Shown piece after piece: positions 1-12,500 of a stretch of DNA of 64,000 bases. The translations under genes and the position numbers were made by a program. Under the pieces are notes generated by a model. That model was not told the DNA's origin. It worked only from the letters and a program-made list of their open reading frames with translations, and searched no databases. Position 1 is the first letter of the stretch. Each line of letters starts with the position of its first letter. Location of the stretch: contig CM126219.1 of the NCBI GenBank assembly GCA_052327205.1, forward strand, positions 67,704,001 to 67,768,000. Direction: 5' to 3'. The stretch comes from Somniosus microcephalus. Its lineage: Eukaryota.

Positions 1-212
1 ATGTGCTGGACCCATCTTGAAGGACATTAACTTGTGACAATATGCTTGCAAGCTACTGTGGGCATTTTGTGCTTCCTCCAATTATTTTCTAAAAACAGGT
101 CAGTAAAGCAATAGTAAAACACCCAACCATATCATCAGTTATCAAGCAGACACATCACTGCAGTATATCTGTTTCACTGTAATTGTATACACAGCTTTAC
201 TATAACAATTAC

Positions 213-2873
213 AATATAGGAACATGAGTGGGCCATTTAACCCCTAGAGCCTATTCTGTCGTTCAATGAGATCATGGCTGATCTGCGACCCAAATCCATT
301 TACCCGCCTTTGCTCCATATCCCTCAATACTTTTGGTTAACAAAAAAAAAAATCAATCTCAGATTTAAAATTAACAATTGATCTAGCATCGACTGCCATT
401 TGCAGAAGAGAGTGCCACATTTCTACCACCCAGTGTGTGTAGAAGTGTTGCCTAATTTCACTCCTGTAAAGTCTGGCTCTAATTTTTAGATTATGTCCCC
501 TAGTCCTAGACTCCCCAACCAGCAGAAATAGTTTCTCTATCTACCTCATCTGTTCCCCTTAATATCTTGAAAACTTCGATCAAGTCACCTCTTAATCTTC
601 TAAATTCCAGGGAATACAACCCTAGTTTGTGTAATCTCTCCTTGCAATCTAACCCTTGAAGTCCGGGTATCATTATGGTAAACCTACGCTGCACTCCCTC
701 AAAGGCCAATATATCCTTCCTCAGGTGTGGTGCCCAGCACTGCTCAGTGCTCCAGGTGTGGTCTAACCAGGGTTTTGTACAGCTACAGCATAACTTTTGC
801 CCCCTTGTATTCTAGTCCTCTAGATATAAAGGCCAGCATTCCATTAGCCTTTTTAAAAATTATACTCTGTACCTGTTCATGACATTTCAATGATCTATGT
901 ACCTGAACCCCCAAGTCTCTTTGGACCTCCACTGTTTCTAGCTTTTCACCATTTAGAAAGTACCCTGTTCTATCTTTTTTAGGTCCAAAGTGGATGACTT
1001 CATGATTTCAAATAGCAGAGCACTTGGAAAACAGCGACAGGATCGGACAAAGTCAACATGGATTTACAAAAGGTAAATCATGCTTGGCTAATCTACTGGA
1101 ATTTTTTGAGGATAATGACTGGTAGAATAGATAAGGGAGACCCAGTGGATGTGGTGTATTTGGACTTTCAGAAGGCTTTCGATAAGGTCCCACATAAGAG
1201 ATTAGCGTGCAAAGTTAAAGCACATGGGATTGGGGGTAAAGTACTGACTTGGATAGAGAACTGGTTGGCAGACAGGAAGCAAAGAGTTGGAATAAACGGG
1301 TCTTTTTCCCGAGCGGCAGGCAGTGACTACTGGGGTACCACAGGAATCGGTGCTAGGACCCCAGTTATTCACAATATATATTAATGATCTAGATGAGGAA
1401 CTAGATGTAATATCTCCAAGTTTGCAGATGACACAAAGCTGGGTGGGCGTGTGTGCCGTGAGGAGGATGCAGAGAAACTCCAGTATGATTTGGACAGGTT
1501 GGGTGATTGGGCAGATGCATTATAATGTGGATAAATGCGAGATTATCCACTTTGGTGGCAAAAACAGGAAGGCAGCTTATTATCTGAACGGTAATAGATT
1601 GGGAGAAGGGGAAGTGCAACGAGACCTGGGTGTCCTTGTGCACCAGTCGCTGAAGGTAAGCATGCAGGTGCAGCAGGCGGTTAAGGCGGCAAATGGTATG
1701 TTGGCCTTCATAGCGAGAGGATTCGAGTACAGGAGCAAGGATGTCTTGCTGCAGTTGTACAGGGCCTTGGGGAGACCACACCTTGAGTATTGTGTGCAGT
1801 TTTGGTCGCCTTATCTGAGGAAGGATGTTCTTGCCATGGAAGGAGTGCAGCGAAGATTCACCAGACTGATATCTGGGATGGCAGGAATGACGTATGGAGA
1901 GAGATTGGGTCGATTAGGCTTATATTCACTAGAGTTTAGAAGAATGAGAGGGGGTCCTCATTGAAACTTATAAAATTCTAACAGGACTAGATGCAGGAAG
2001 GATGTTCCCAATGGCAGGAGAGTCCAGAACCAGGGGTCACAGGCTAAGGAGTAAGCCATTTAGGACTGAGATGGAGGAATTTCTTCACCCAGAGTGGTGA
2101 ACCTGTGGAATTCTCTAACAGAAGGCAGTTGAGGCCAATTCATTAAATATATTCAAGGAGTTAGATATATTTAAGGCTAAAGGGATCAAGGGATAGGGGG
2201 GGGGGAGAAAGCAGGGACAGGGTATTGAATTTGGATGATCAGCCATGATCTCATTAAATGGCAGAGCAGGCTCGAGGGGCCGAATGGCCTACTCCTGCTC
2301 CTATCTTCTATGTTCACATTTGCCTACACGGAAATCCATTTGTCACAGTTTTGCCCACAATCTATTAAGATCTCTTATTAATTTTATGCTTTCATCTACA
2401 CTGCTGACAATGCTACCTATCTGTGTCATCGGCAAACTTGGCTATGTGACTTTCAATGCCATCATCTAAGTAGTTAATAAATATGGTGAATAGTTGAGGC
2501 CCCAAACACAGATCCCTGTGGGACACCACTAGTCACATCCTGCCAATTTGAGTACCTATCCATTATCCCTACTCTCCGTCTCCTGTTGCTTAGCCAATTT
2601 CCTAACTAGATCAATAGTTTGCCTTCAATTCCATGAGCTTCAACTTTAGCCGACAGTCTCTTATGAGGGACTTTATCAAATGCCTTCTGCAAGTCCATAT
2701 AAATAACATCCATAGACATTCCCCTGTCCACTACTTTAGTCACCTCTTCAAAAGAAATTCAATCAGGTTTGTCAGGCATGACCTACCCTTAACAAATCCA
2801 GGCCGACACTCTCGGATCAGCTGAAAATTTAAGCTGTTCAGTCACGCTATCCTTAATTATAGACTCTAGTAAT
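213..2873 (-). mobile_element. Decayed CR1-type LINE (ORF2 3' part and 3' UTR) in two pieces, ~213-1002 and ~2313-2873, split by a younger CR1 copy
   Basis: ORF 506-709 (-) has CR1 C-terminal motifs (GVQRRFT...[21 protein letters not shown]). The outer sequence resumes seamlessly: ...gatgacttca | catttgcc.... Confidence 0.85.
1003..2314 (+). mobile_element. 5'-truncated CR1/HER1-type LINE, relatively young, nested in the older CR1
   Basis: RT motifs [16 protein letters not shown], GVPQxSVLGP and [13 protein letters not shown], with frameshifts. 3' end gaatggcctactcctgctcctatcttctatgtt. Confidence 0.93.
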
Positions 2874-3349
2874 CTGTTAAAAACTAGATTGTGGCTATTC
2901 AACACTAAAATGAAAGTGTAGTTTTACCTCAATTGTCTGTCATTTTTTTAAAAACGTGAACCTGTCAATTTCTAACTGCATCTGATTGCTTTGAGGAAGC
3001 ATGTGCCTATTTTCATGTTGCTTATCATCATCACACAGATTCCTCCAACTGTGGACTTCTGGGTCACAGGTCAAGTGATGCAAGATAGAAAGTGCCAGTC
3101 TCTCCTCGCGTACACAACTCAGGTAGGTATACAGGTACAGGAGAATTTTAAGACAGTCTAATGTTATTGTGGACAGTGCCTCACTCCAGGAGGGGACACA
3201 ACAATTTATATTTAAACCTAGTGCAATTAAGAAAGTGAAGTGTTTGAAATTCTACTACCCCAAGAGGAGAAATACTCGAAAGCCCAAGTGTCTACTTAAG
3301 TGAAATAAGCCACACACAATCTAGAACAGTTACTAGTACTGGCTCTTAC

Positions 3350-3528
3350 CTGGTCTTTCACACAGTCCACAGTGCCTTTCCGTAAAGGTGTGGCATCATA
3401 GGCTAATTTCTGCCCTGTCTGGGCCACAGTGCACAGCTGGAACTTGATCGTCTCTCCTTTCTGAAGGCAATCGGTTTTATTCGCCAGGCTGACAATGCCA
3501 AAAGGATATACTTCTCCTTTCATAGAGC
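3350..3528 (-). CDS. CSDE1: CSDE1 exon, 179 nt: (G)[59 protein letters not shown]
   Basis: Acceptor CCTTGCAG|GC, donor CAG|GTAAGA. Matches human [24 protein letters not shown]...ECVKDQ. Confidence 0.97.
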
Positions 3529-6500
3529 CTGCAAGGACATACCAACTCCTGAGTACTCACAGCAAAAATATTGGTGAGGCCACACCTGGAATACTGCATG
3601 CAGTTTTGGTTTCCATATTTAAGAAAAGATATACTTGCTCTCGAGGCAGTTCAGAGAAGGTTCACTCGGTTGATTCCGGAGATGAGGGGGTTGACTTATG
3701 AGGAAAGGTTGAGTAGGTTGGGCCTCTACTCATTGGAATTCAGAAGAATGAGAGGCGATCTTATCGAAACATAAGATTGTGAGGGGGCTTGATCGGGTGG
3801 ATGCGGGGAGGATGTTTCCACTGATGGGCGAGACTAGAACTAGGGGGCATAATCTTAGAATAAGGGGCTGCCCTTTCAAAACTGAGATGAGGAGAAACTT
3901 CTTCACTCAGAGGGTAGTAAATCTATGGAATTTGCTACTCCAGAGAGCTGTGGAAGCTGCAACATTAAATAAATTTAAAATGGAGATAGACAGTTTCCTA
4001 GCAGATAAGGGAATTAGGGGTTACGGGGAGCGGGCAGGGAAGTGGACGCGAGTCTAGATTCGGATCAGCCACGATCCTATTGAATGGCGGAGCAGGCCCG
4101 AGGGGCCGTATGGCCTACTCCTGCTCCTACTTCTTATGTTCTTATGTTCTGTTCTTATGTCATCTGCAAAAGCACTACTGCACAATGGCTTGACTTTTGT
4201 GAAGCATGAAATTATCCTACTTTCAGATCCATTTTTGAGCTCCCCAATTGGCTTAGTAGGTAAATGCACTCGAATGTGCTATGGTGCCAAGCCATATAGA
4301 CCAGAATATGTCAGCTCTATTCTCAGGACAACAGTTTTGGAGCTACAATTGCCTTCTGCATCCTGGTCTAGGGAGTGAAAAAAGTGTCAGCGCATTCGCT
4401 TTTCTTGAGCGACGCCCAACTGGAAAGTGCAGGCATTGGGCGAGGACAGAGCAGGGTTGATGTCCTCAGTGAAAGAGCTCATTGAATATTCAGTGTCTAG
4501 GCTCGCACATTAAAAATGGCCACTTGGGCATGGCAAGAGTCAACATCTTTAGGAAGAAAAAGGGGAGAAAATTGGGTAGGGGGAGCAAAATGCCATCGTT
4601 AGCAGAAATAGGAGAAACAAAAACAGACAAGTGTTACTCCAACGAGCTTCATTAATGAGGCAGGAAGAGGTAAGGTACTGCTTCCCAATGAGGTGGCAAC
4701 TTCAAAGCTCGAGTGATCCGAGGGTCCAAGGGGCACCGAGCGCAACTCAGGATGGCAAAATCCTTGCAGGAGATCATTTTCCTGGATCAGTAAATCATGT
4801 ACAGGGTGACTAGAAAAAAAATCTGCACAACTACAGGAAAATGGACAGCCCCATGAATTGAAAATCAATAGCATTTTATTTAGAGAGTTGAGCAGTCATG
4901 TTTGGCCCAAAGCCAAGAAAGACTAATTTTAATGATAAAGGATCTGATTGAGAAGTGCTTATTCACTGAAGGATGCAATTCTACTTTGGGCATTTAACCT
5001 CATTTCTTTACTATTAGAACATTTAGTACTCCAATGTAAATTGATTATTCAAAAATAATGTTCATTTATATAGCAACTTTAATGAAGAAAATCATAAGAT
5101 GCTTCACAGAAGTGTAATCAGAAATGAATGTATTCTGGGGCAAAGATGATGGCAGGTGGGGTGACTAAAGGTTTGGTCAGAGGTGGATTTTAAGGAAAAT
5201 CCTAAAAAGAGGGGGAAGGGTGATGGAGAGGCTTAAGCAAAGTCTGCATCCTAGGTGACCGATGGTCACCATTGGTGGAGGAAGCACAAAAGGTCAGAGT
5301 CAGGGGAACGGTAAGCTTGGTGGGGAGGAGGGTTTGTAGGGCTGCAGGAGGTTAGAGATGGGGAGGGGCAAGTCCATGAAGGGATTTAAACACGAGGGTG
5401 AGAATTATAAATGAGGTGTTGGGGGACCAAAAGCCAATGTAGGTCAGTAAGGACTGGAGCGATAACTCAGCATGACTTGATGCAGGTGTTTTGGATGAGC
5501 TGAAGTTTACACAGGGTGGAGGACAGAAGGCTGACCCAATAGTTGAGTCTGGAGTTGACAAAGGCTTGGTTGAAGGTTTTAACAGCAGGAACAGACCAGA
5601 GATGATTTTTTTTTTTTTTTTTTTTTTAAATTGAGAAAGGCTTTGTTTTTGTAATGTTGTGTTTAATATTTGAATCTTTATTTTAAGGGAATTTGGAGGG
5701 GTAAAGAGGCCAAATTTAATGAGCCAAGAAATGATCTGTTTTTGATTTGAAAACCGAGAACATAGTAAAACAAAAATGATTGACTGTTCATTAACCAGCA
5801 ACCAGGGGGTGAATTAGTTTATAGTAGAACAATACAGATTGATATAGTGGACACCTTAGCAATTTTGCTTTCCTGGACCAAATAGCTCATCATTGGCTCT
5901 GGATTTCCCTCCGATTCACTACCACATATAAAAAGTCCTCTAGTTTGCAGGCACGATTCACACACCAGTTCAGATGTTGCAAAAGAAAGTATAGTTGCAG
6001 TGGTAACAGAAAACTCACCCTCCTCTGTAACCTCAATAAGTCCCTGATACTCTGCCTGCTGTGGATCCACACTGCGTAATGGCCTCATCACTTTACCAGT
6101 ATAGACGGTTGGATACACTTCATCACTGGGACCATTCACTGTAAAATGATAAAACATTTCAAGCTGGGAGGAATAACCTATTGTCACCAGTTATTTTGAT
6201 TATAGACAGCTGACAGCAATACAAGCTGGGAATCTGAAATGGGGAAGAACTACAGGAAACTCTCTTTTATCCGGCACGGACGGGACCGACGTGGTGCCGG
6301 TTCATCAAAAATTCTGGATAACCGAACGCTATAGTAAAAGATATGGAGCTCAAAGCAACAAACCCTGTTGCTTAGCAACAGGTTCAAAACAATGGCCACA
6401 AGTTGCAAGCGTCTCTGTAGCTTAGCAACAGCTGCAGCCACACCCTTGCACAGCAACACATGGAGCAAGGCAAGTAATAAAAGTTACCTGAACCTACTCC

Positions 6501-9500
6501 TGAATTTTGCCGGTTAACCGACATTTCCGGTTATTTAGGGGCCGGTTAATCGAAAGTTTCCTGTACATGTAGCAGTATGAATTTCCCAGGACAGCTCTAG
6601 TTTTAAAACATAAAACACTAACAGGGCAAATGACAGATAAGGGTTCTGCAATCTTCCTTCATAATACTTTGAAGCGAGATGAATCAAAGACTCCATTTGT
6701 ACTTTAATCCTGTTCTTTCTGGAATTAACTCTGGTCCATGTTGAAATGTCTGTCATCCTAAATGATCGCAAGGCCATGTCATCTTGTCTAGTTAAATATC
6801 TTATTACTGTAACAAACAATTCAGATAAAACCTCAATACAACTTAAGTTAAATGGGAATCCAACGTTGTGTCTTAACCTATTTCTTGCTTTTAGACGACT
6901 AAAGAATTCTCCAATCTTTCCTACTTTTACAACACCAGCAAATCACCAGAGTAGATTCTGAATGTAAAATGGAGATTTTCCACTTTGGCACTCCTAGCAC
7001 ACGCTGGAAATGTGCATCAGGAAACTGCACCCCAGCCTGCCAATTACTCTTAATAAATGAAAAAAATTAAGGTGGGGGTTTACAATTCCCCAATAGGTGT
7101 TCGAGAATAGAAGCAGATAATCTTCCCAACAGTATGGATTCATGCCCAACATTAGCTGCCTCAAACAAAACCAAACAATTTTTGGTTTGTCTTTCTAAAA
7201 AAAAAAATTGGTTGGCAAAACTCATTTATAATGGTCACCTGTGCAAATCTACAGGCCCTCATACACCTTATCTTCTTACCAATTGTTCTCCCTCCTAAAG
7301 GCATATAACCTATTACTGTACTGGGTTATAAGCAGGAGGGAACATCCAGTAACAGACCCAAGAGGTAATTGTTCACACACAAGATTTCAATGAGTGTTAG
7401 CAGACTATTTGGGCATCACATTGGAGCCCAATTTTGTCAATAAGGACCTTCAGTCATTTTTATTGTTCATTTAAAAACCGATTGTTTCATTTTTTATTCT
7501 TGGCATCAAAAACCATGATAAAACTGGGGGGTTGGGTGGGAAGTGAGGCCCCACAAAACCAATGTAAGCTCAGAACAATACGTTTTTTTTTAAACACCAC
7601 TAAACTTAAAGAAAATAAGCAAGCAACTAACGAGGCACAGCTAAGCTAAAGAAAACCCAGATAGCGACACATCACAGACACCCCTTTGATAGTCCTCTGC
7701 TGTTCCAACTGTAACAAGTTTCCATGATCACAATGTCAAGCTATTAACAGCAAAATACATTTAATGTTTGTGAATGGAGTGTGCGCTGCAGAATGTTGAC
7801 TGCTAAAATGTATGTTTAAAGTAGCACATCAGCACCATATGGTGAAGCCCAAATATTTTTAAAGACTGACTGAAATATTGAAGAGTTTAATTTTGCAGTA
7901 TGTGCTTATGAACAGTATGCAGAGATCATTATATGCAGTGTTTCCATTTTGTTCATAACATATCTCTAGTCATTATATTCCAGACCTGATATTTGGCAAG
8001 ACAATTAGGAAATTCTAGGGATTCCCCAAATTCAGGAGGAAATCAGTGTTTATTTTTTATTAAGCCCATTTAAATCAAACAACATCTGATTATTTATTAA
8101 TTAAAGTCTGTAAAAACTGATTTTAAAAAGGTCCCATCATCCACTCAAGCATTTTCCCCAGCAGGAATCACTGGGTAGCCATCACAAAGAATAGAATTTC
8201 TCACAGAAGGAAGCCCTCAGCTCAAAGAGCCTTCATAGTCCCATTCCCCTGCCCTTTATCCATACACTTAATTGTTTCCTTTTCAACTTATCCATTTTTA
8301 AAGCTATAACAGATCTTGCTTCCGCCACCATTTCTGGTAGGGCAGGCTATGTCCCTCTAAAAGAACAAATTTCTTCAACTTTTCCCTTTGTTCTTTTGGT
8401 AATCTTAAAAACCAATACCCACTAGTTTTCAGATTTACTTAATCAAAACATCTCAATTTTGAACACCTCTATTAGATCTCCTCTCAATAATCTGCACTCC
8501 AATGAAGAGCCCCAATTTCTCCTCATAACTAAAGCCCCTCATTCCCTGGTGTCTTTCTGCACCCTTGTATTGTCTAGATAGCCTTCCTAAAGTAAGGTAC
8601 TGAAAACTGTGGCCTAACCAACAATTTGTACAGGTTATAACCTCTGCTTGTATACTCACTTCTAATAAAACCCAAGATCCCAATGCTTTTTCTTTAAAAA
8701 AAAAAGTTATCAATTTGTCCTCCCACTTTTAAAGATCTCTGCACCTCAATCTCAAAGACTCTGTTCCTCTACTTTTAAAAAGGAACTGGAACTCAATGTT
8801 CCCCTCTTCCCCAGGAATGCGGAGGGATTCTTTCTGCCAAACAACAGTACAGACTGGGGATTGAACCTGGGGCCTTCCTGCCCTGTACGATTCAACTATT
8901 CAAACTCACTGACTCACGATTGGGACTCAGGAGGAATACTGTACAGTTTACTAAATTGCCCATCTAAACATGGTGGGCGGATTTCAATGCACTGGGCCCA
9001 ATCTTCTGCCCATCCTGTGCCATATCCCTGCCACTAAAATGACAGTTTGTGCATCAAGGCGGCCTCAAATTGCAATGTTACAACTTATAATATTACATTT
9101 TCAGCTGATAAATATTAGCTACCTGATCAAGTCCGACTGTAGAAAACAAGTAGGAATGCTGTGGATTTAGGAAGTGCATGCAGTAATTTACAGCTGGGTG
9201 ATTTACTAGTTTTACCCGGACTGGGTGGTGTAAAGGACACAACTGCTTGTGGAGCAATTGAGTGACCATAATAACGATATCCACAATAGAAGTGTCATTA
9301 TTAAAAGAACTAATTAAACTAGATAGTGAGTACAGTACAATTTGGATAAGTAAATACCAAAAAAGGTAATCCAAAAGTCTTCTATAGGCATATAAATAGT
9401 AAACGGGTAGTAAGAAAAGGGATGGGGCTGATTAGGGACCAAAAGGGAGGCCTACGCATGGAGGCAGAGGGTATGGCTGAGGTGCTAAATGAGTACTTTG

Positions 9501-12500
9501 CATCGGTCTTCACCAAGGAAGATGATGCTGCCATAGACAGAGTGAAGGAGGAGGTAGTGGAGATACTGGATGGGATAAAAATTGATAAAGGGGAGGTACT
9601 GGAAAGGTTGGCTGTACATAAAGTAGTTAAGTCACCAGGAACAGATAGGATGCATCCTCGGACACAAAGGGAAGAAATCGCAGAAGTACTGGCCATAATA
9701 TTCCAATCCTCCTTAGTAACGGGGGTGGTGCCAGAGGACTGGAGAATTGCAAATGTTACACCCTTGTTCAAAAAATGGTGTAAAGATAAACCCAGCAACC
9801 ACGGGCCAGTCAGTTTGGCCTCGGTAGTGGGGAAGCTTTTAGAAACCGTAATCAGGGGCAAAATTAACAGTCACTTGGACAAGTGCGGAATAATTAAAAG
9901 GAAAGCCAGCATGGCTTTGTTAAAGGCAAATTGTGTTTAACCAACTTGATCGAGTTTTTTGATGAGGTAACAGAGGATTGATGAGGGCAATGTGGTTGAC
10001 GTGGCGTACAGGAATTTCCAAAAGGCAATTGACAAAGTGCCACACAATAGGCTTGCCAGCAAAGTTGAAACCCATGGAATGAAAGGGATAGTGGTAGCAT
10101 GGCTATGAAATTGGCTAAGTGACAGGAAACAGTAGTGGTGAACGGTTGTTTTTCAGACTGGAGGAAGGTATACAGTGGTGTTCCCCAGGCGTCGGTTGAA
10201 GGACCATTGCTTTGCTTGATATATATTAATGACCTGGATGTGGGTGTACAGGGCACAATTTCAAAATCTGCAGATGACAAAACTTGGAAGTTTAGTGAAC
10301 AGTGAGGAGGATAGTGATAGACTGGTGGAATGGGCAGACACGTGGCAGATGAAATTCAATGCAGAAAAGTGCAAAGTGATACATTTTGGTAGAAAGAATG
10401 GAGAGGGGAAATATAAACTAAAGGGTCCAATCCTAAAGGGTGCATGAACAGGGAGACCTGGGGGTATGTGTGCACAAATCATTGAAGGTGGCAGGGCAGG
10501 TTGCGAAAGCAGTTAAAAAAAGCTTACAGGATCCTGGGCTTCATGAATAGAGGTATAGAGTACAAAAGCGTGGAAATGATGATGAACCTGTATGAAACAC
10601 TGGTTTGGCCTCAACTGGAGTATTGTGTCCAATTCTGGGCACCGCACTTTAGGAAGGATGAGAAGGCTTTAGAGAGGGTGCAGAAAAGATTTACGAGAAT
10701 GATTCCAGGAATGAGGGACTTCAGTTACATGGACAGACTGGAAAAGCTGGGGTTGTTCTCCTTAGAGCAGAGAAGGTTGAGGGGTCTGGACAGAGTAGAT
10801 GGAGAGAAACTGTCCCCATTGGCAGAAGGGTCAAGAACCAGAGGACACAGATTTAAAGTGATTGGCAGAAGAACCAAAGGCAGCATGGGGGAATTTTTTT
10901 TTTTTTTTTTATTAAAAAACTCAGCAAGTGGTTAAGATCTAGAATGCAATGCCTGAAAGGGTGGTGGAGGCAGACTCAATTACAGCTTTCAAAAGGGAGT
11001 TGGATAAGTACTTGAAGGAAAAAAAATTGCAGGGCTACGGAGAAAGGGTGGGGGAGAGGGACTAGCTGAAGTGCTCTTGCAGGCTCGCCAAGCCGAATGG
11101 CCTTCTTCCGTGCTGTAACCATTCTATGAATTGAAGGATAATTCAAATCCAAGCACAAAATTCCACTGTAGAATCCAGTTCAATTCCAGTGTAGAAATCT
11201 TATTTGAATATTTATGGATCAGTTCCACAAAAGTAACCCATACAATTTCTTTACATCTGTCTGGATTTGAAAAGCAGAAGTGTTGTACAGTGGACCAGGT
11301 CACTTATCCCATTTACACAATACTCTTCATATACACTCACTTGTAGTGGCTTATTTTCCTATTGGTGCTAAAGGCATTAATTAGCACCTTTATTAGCGGA
11401 CAGTAGAAAAATTAAGAAATGTAATGAGCACTTGCGCAAGGTATAATTGGCCTGCTGTCCACTGAATCATATCCCATCATGTTTTGTTAATTATTTGTTT
11501 ATGGGATGTGTGCGTCACTGGCAAGGCCAGCATTTATTGCCCCTCCCTCATTGCCCTGGAGAAGGTGGTGGTGAGCTGCCTTCTTTAACTGCTGCAGTCC
11601 GTGTGCTGAAGGTATTCCCACAGTGCTGTTAGGCAGGGAGTTCCAGGATTTTGACCCAACGTCGATGAAGGATTGGCGATATACTTCTAAATCAGGATGG
11701 TGTGATTTGGAGGGCAACGCTTTAAAAGACAGGATTGCCGAGAAAGCATTCATTTATCACAGTATAACGAGCCTGTCCTGGCTACAATTTTTGCAGTATT
11801 TCTGGGGACAGCTACAGCCGTGGAAAGACCATGAAAACACTAGTCCTGGTAAGGAGGCCAACCACAAGATTTTGGCTTTGCATTTTCTTCTACCACTCAA
11901 GCACCTCATTCAAGTACTCCCTCGTTACATATAATGGAATTTCAACTAAACATACTTAACCCAAATCGTTTAACTCACTAATATAAAGCAATCATTTGCC
12001 TCTCAAAAGTTGGATTCCCATATGTTACTTGGTAGTTATCACATTAGAAGCATGGAGTTATTTCTTAAATCCACAAAGTTCACCTAGCTCTTACCTGTAG
12101 TAATCTTGGCGACTTTCTCAGCACTCACTTTGTTTCCTTTTCCCTTTGACAAACTGTATTCCACAACATCCCCGACATCCAGCTCATCAACATCGCCCGA
12201 GAACTCACTGGGGAACCGCAAGAACATCAGTGTACAAAATGTAACAAGCTCAATAGTTGCAGCACTGCTCAAAGGTTGAAGCGTATACAGCTCGGACATC
12301 CTTGTATTGATTTTGTGCCAAGACCAATATCTCGGAACAGAGATTCAAATATTGGGAAACTAGTAAAGTGTCAGTATGCTGGTTAATATCACACTTCAAT
12401 GTAGCCCCCAACAATTAAAACAGCCATGTTTAAAAACGGGCAGTCGCTTATACCAGCCAAAAAAAAAAACAACCATTAGCATTAGTGTCAATTTTGAAGT

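Noticed and set aside
1-3349. Expected final CSDE1 exons and the NRAS gene that follows CSDE1 in other vertebrates
   Set aside because: No matching sequence found. They would lie left of position 1, so they are not reported.
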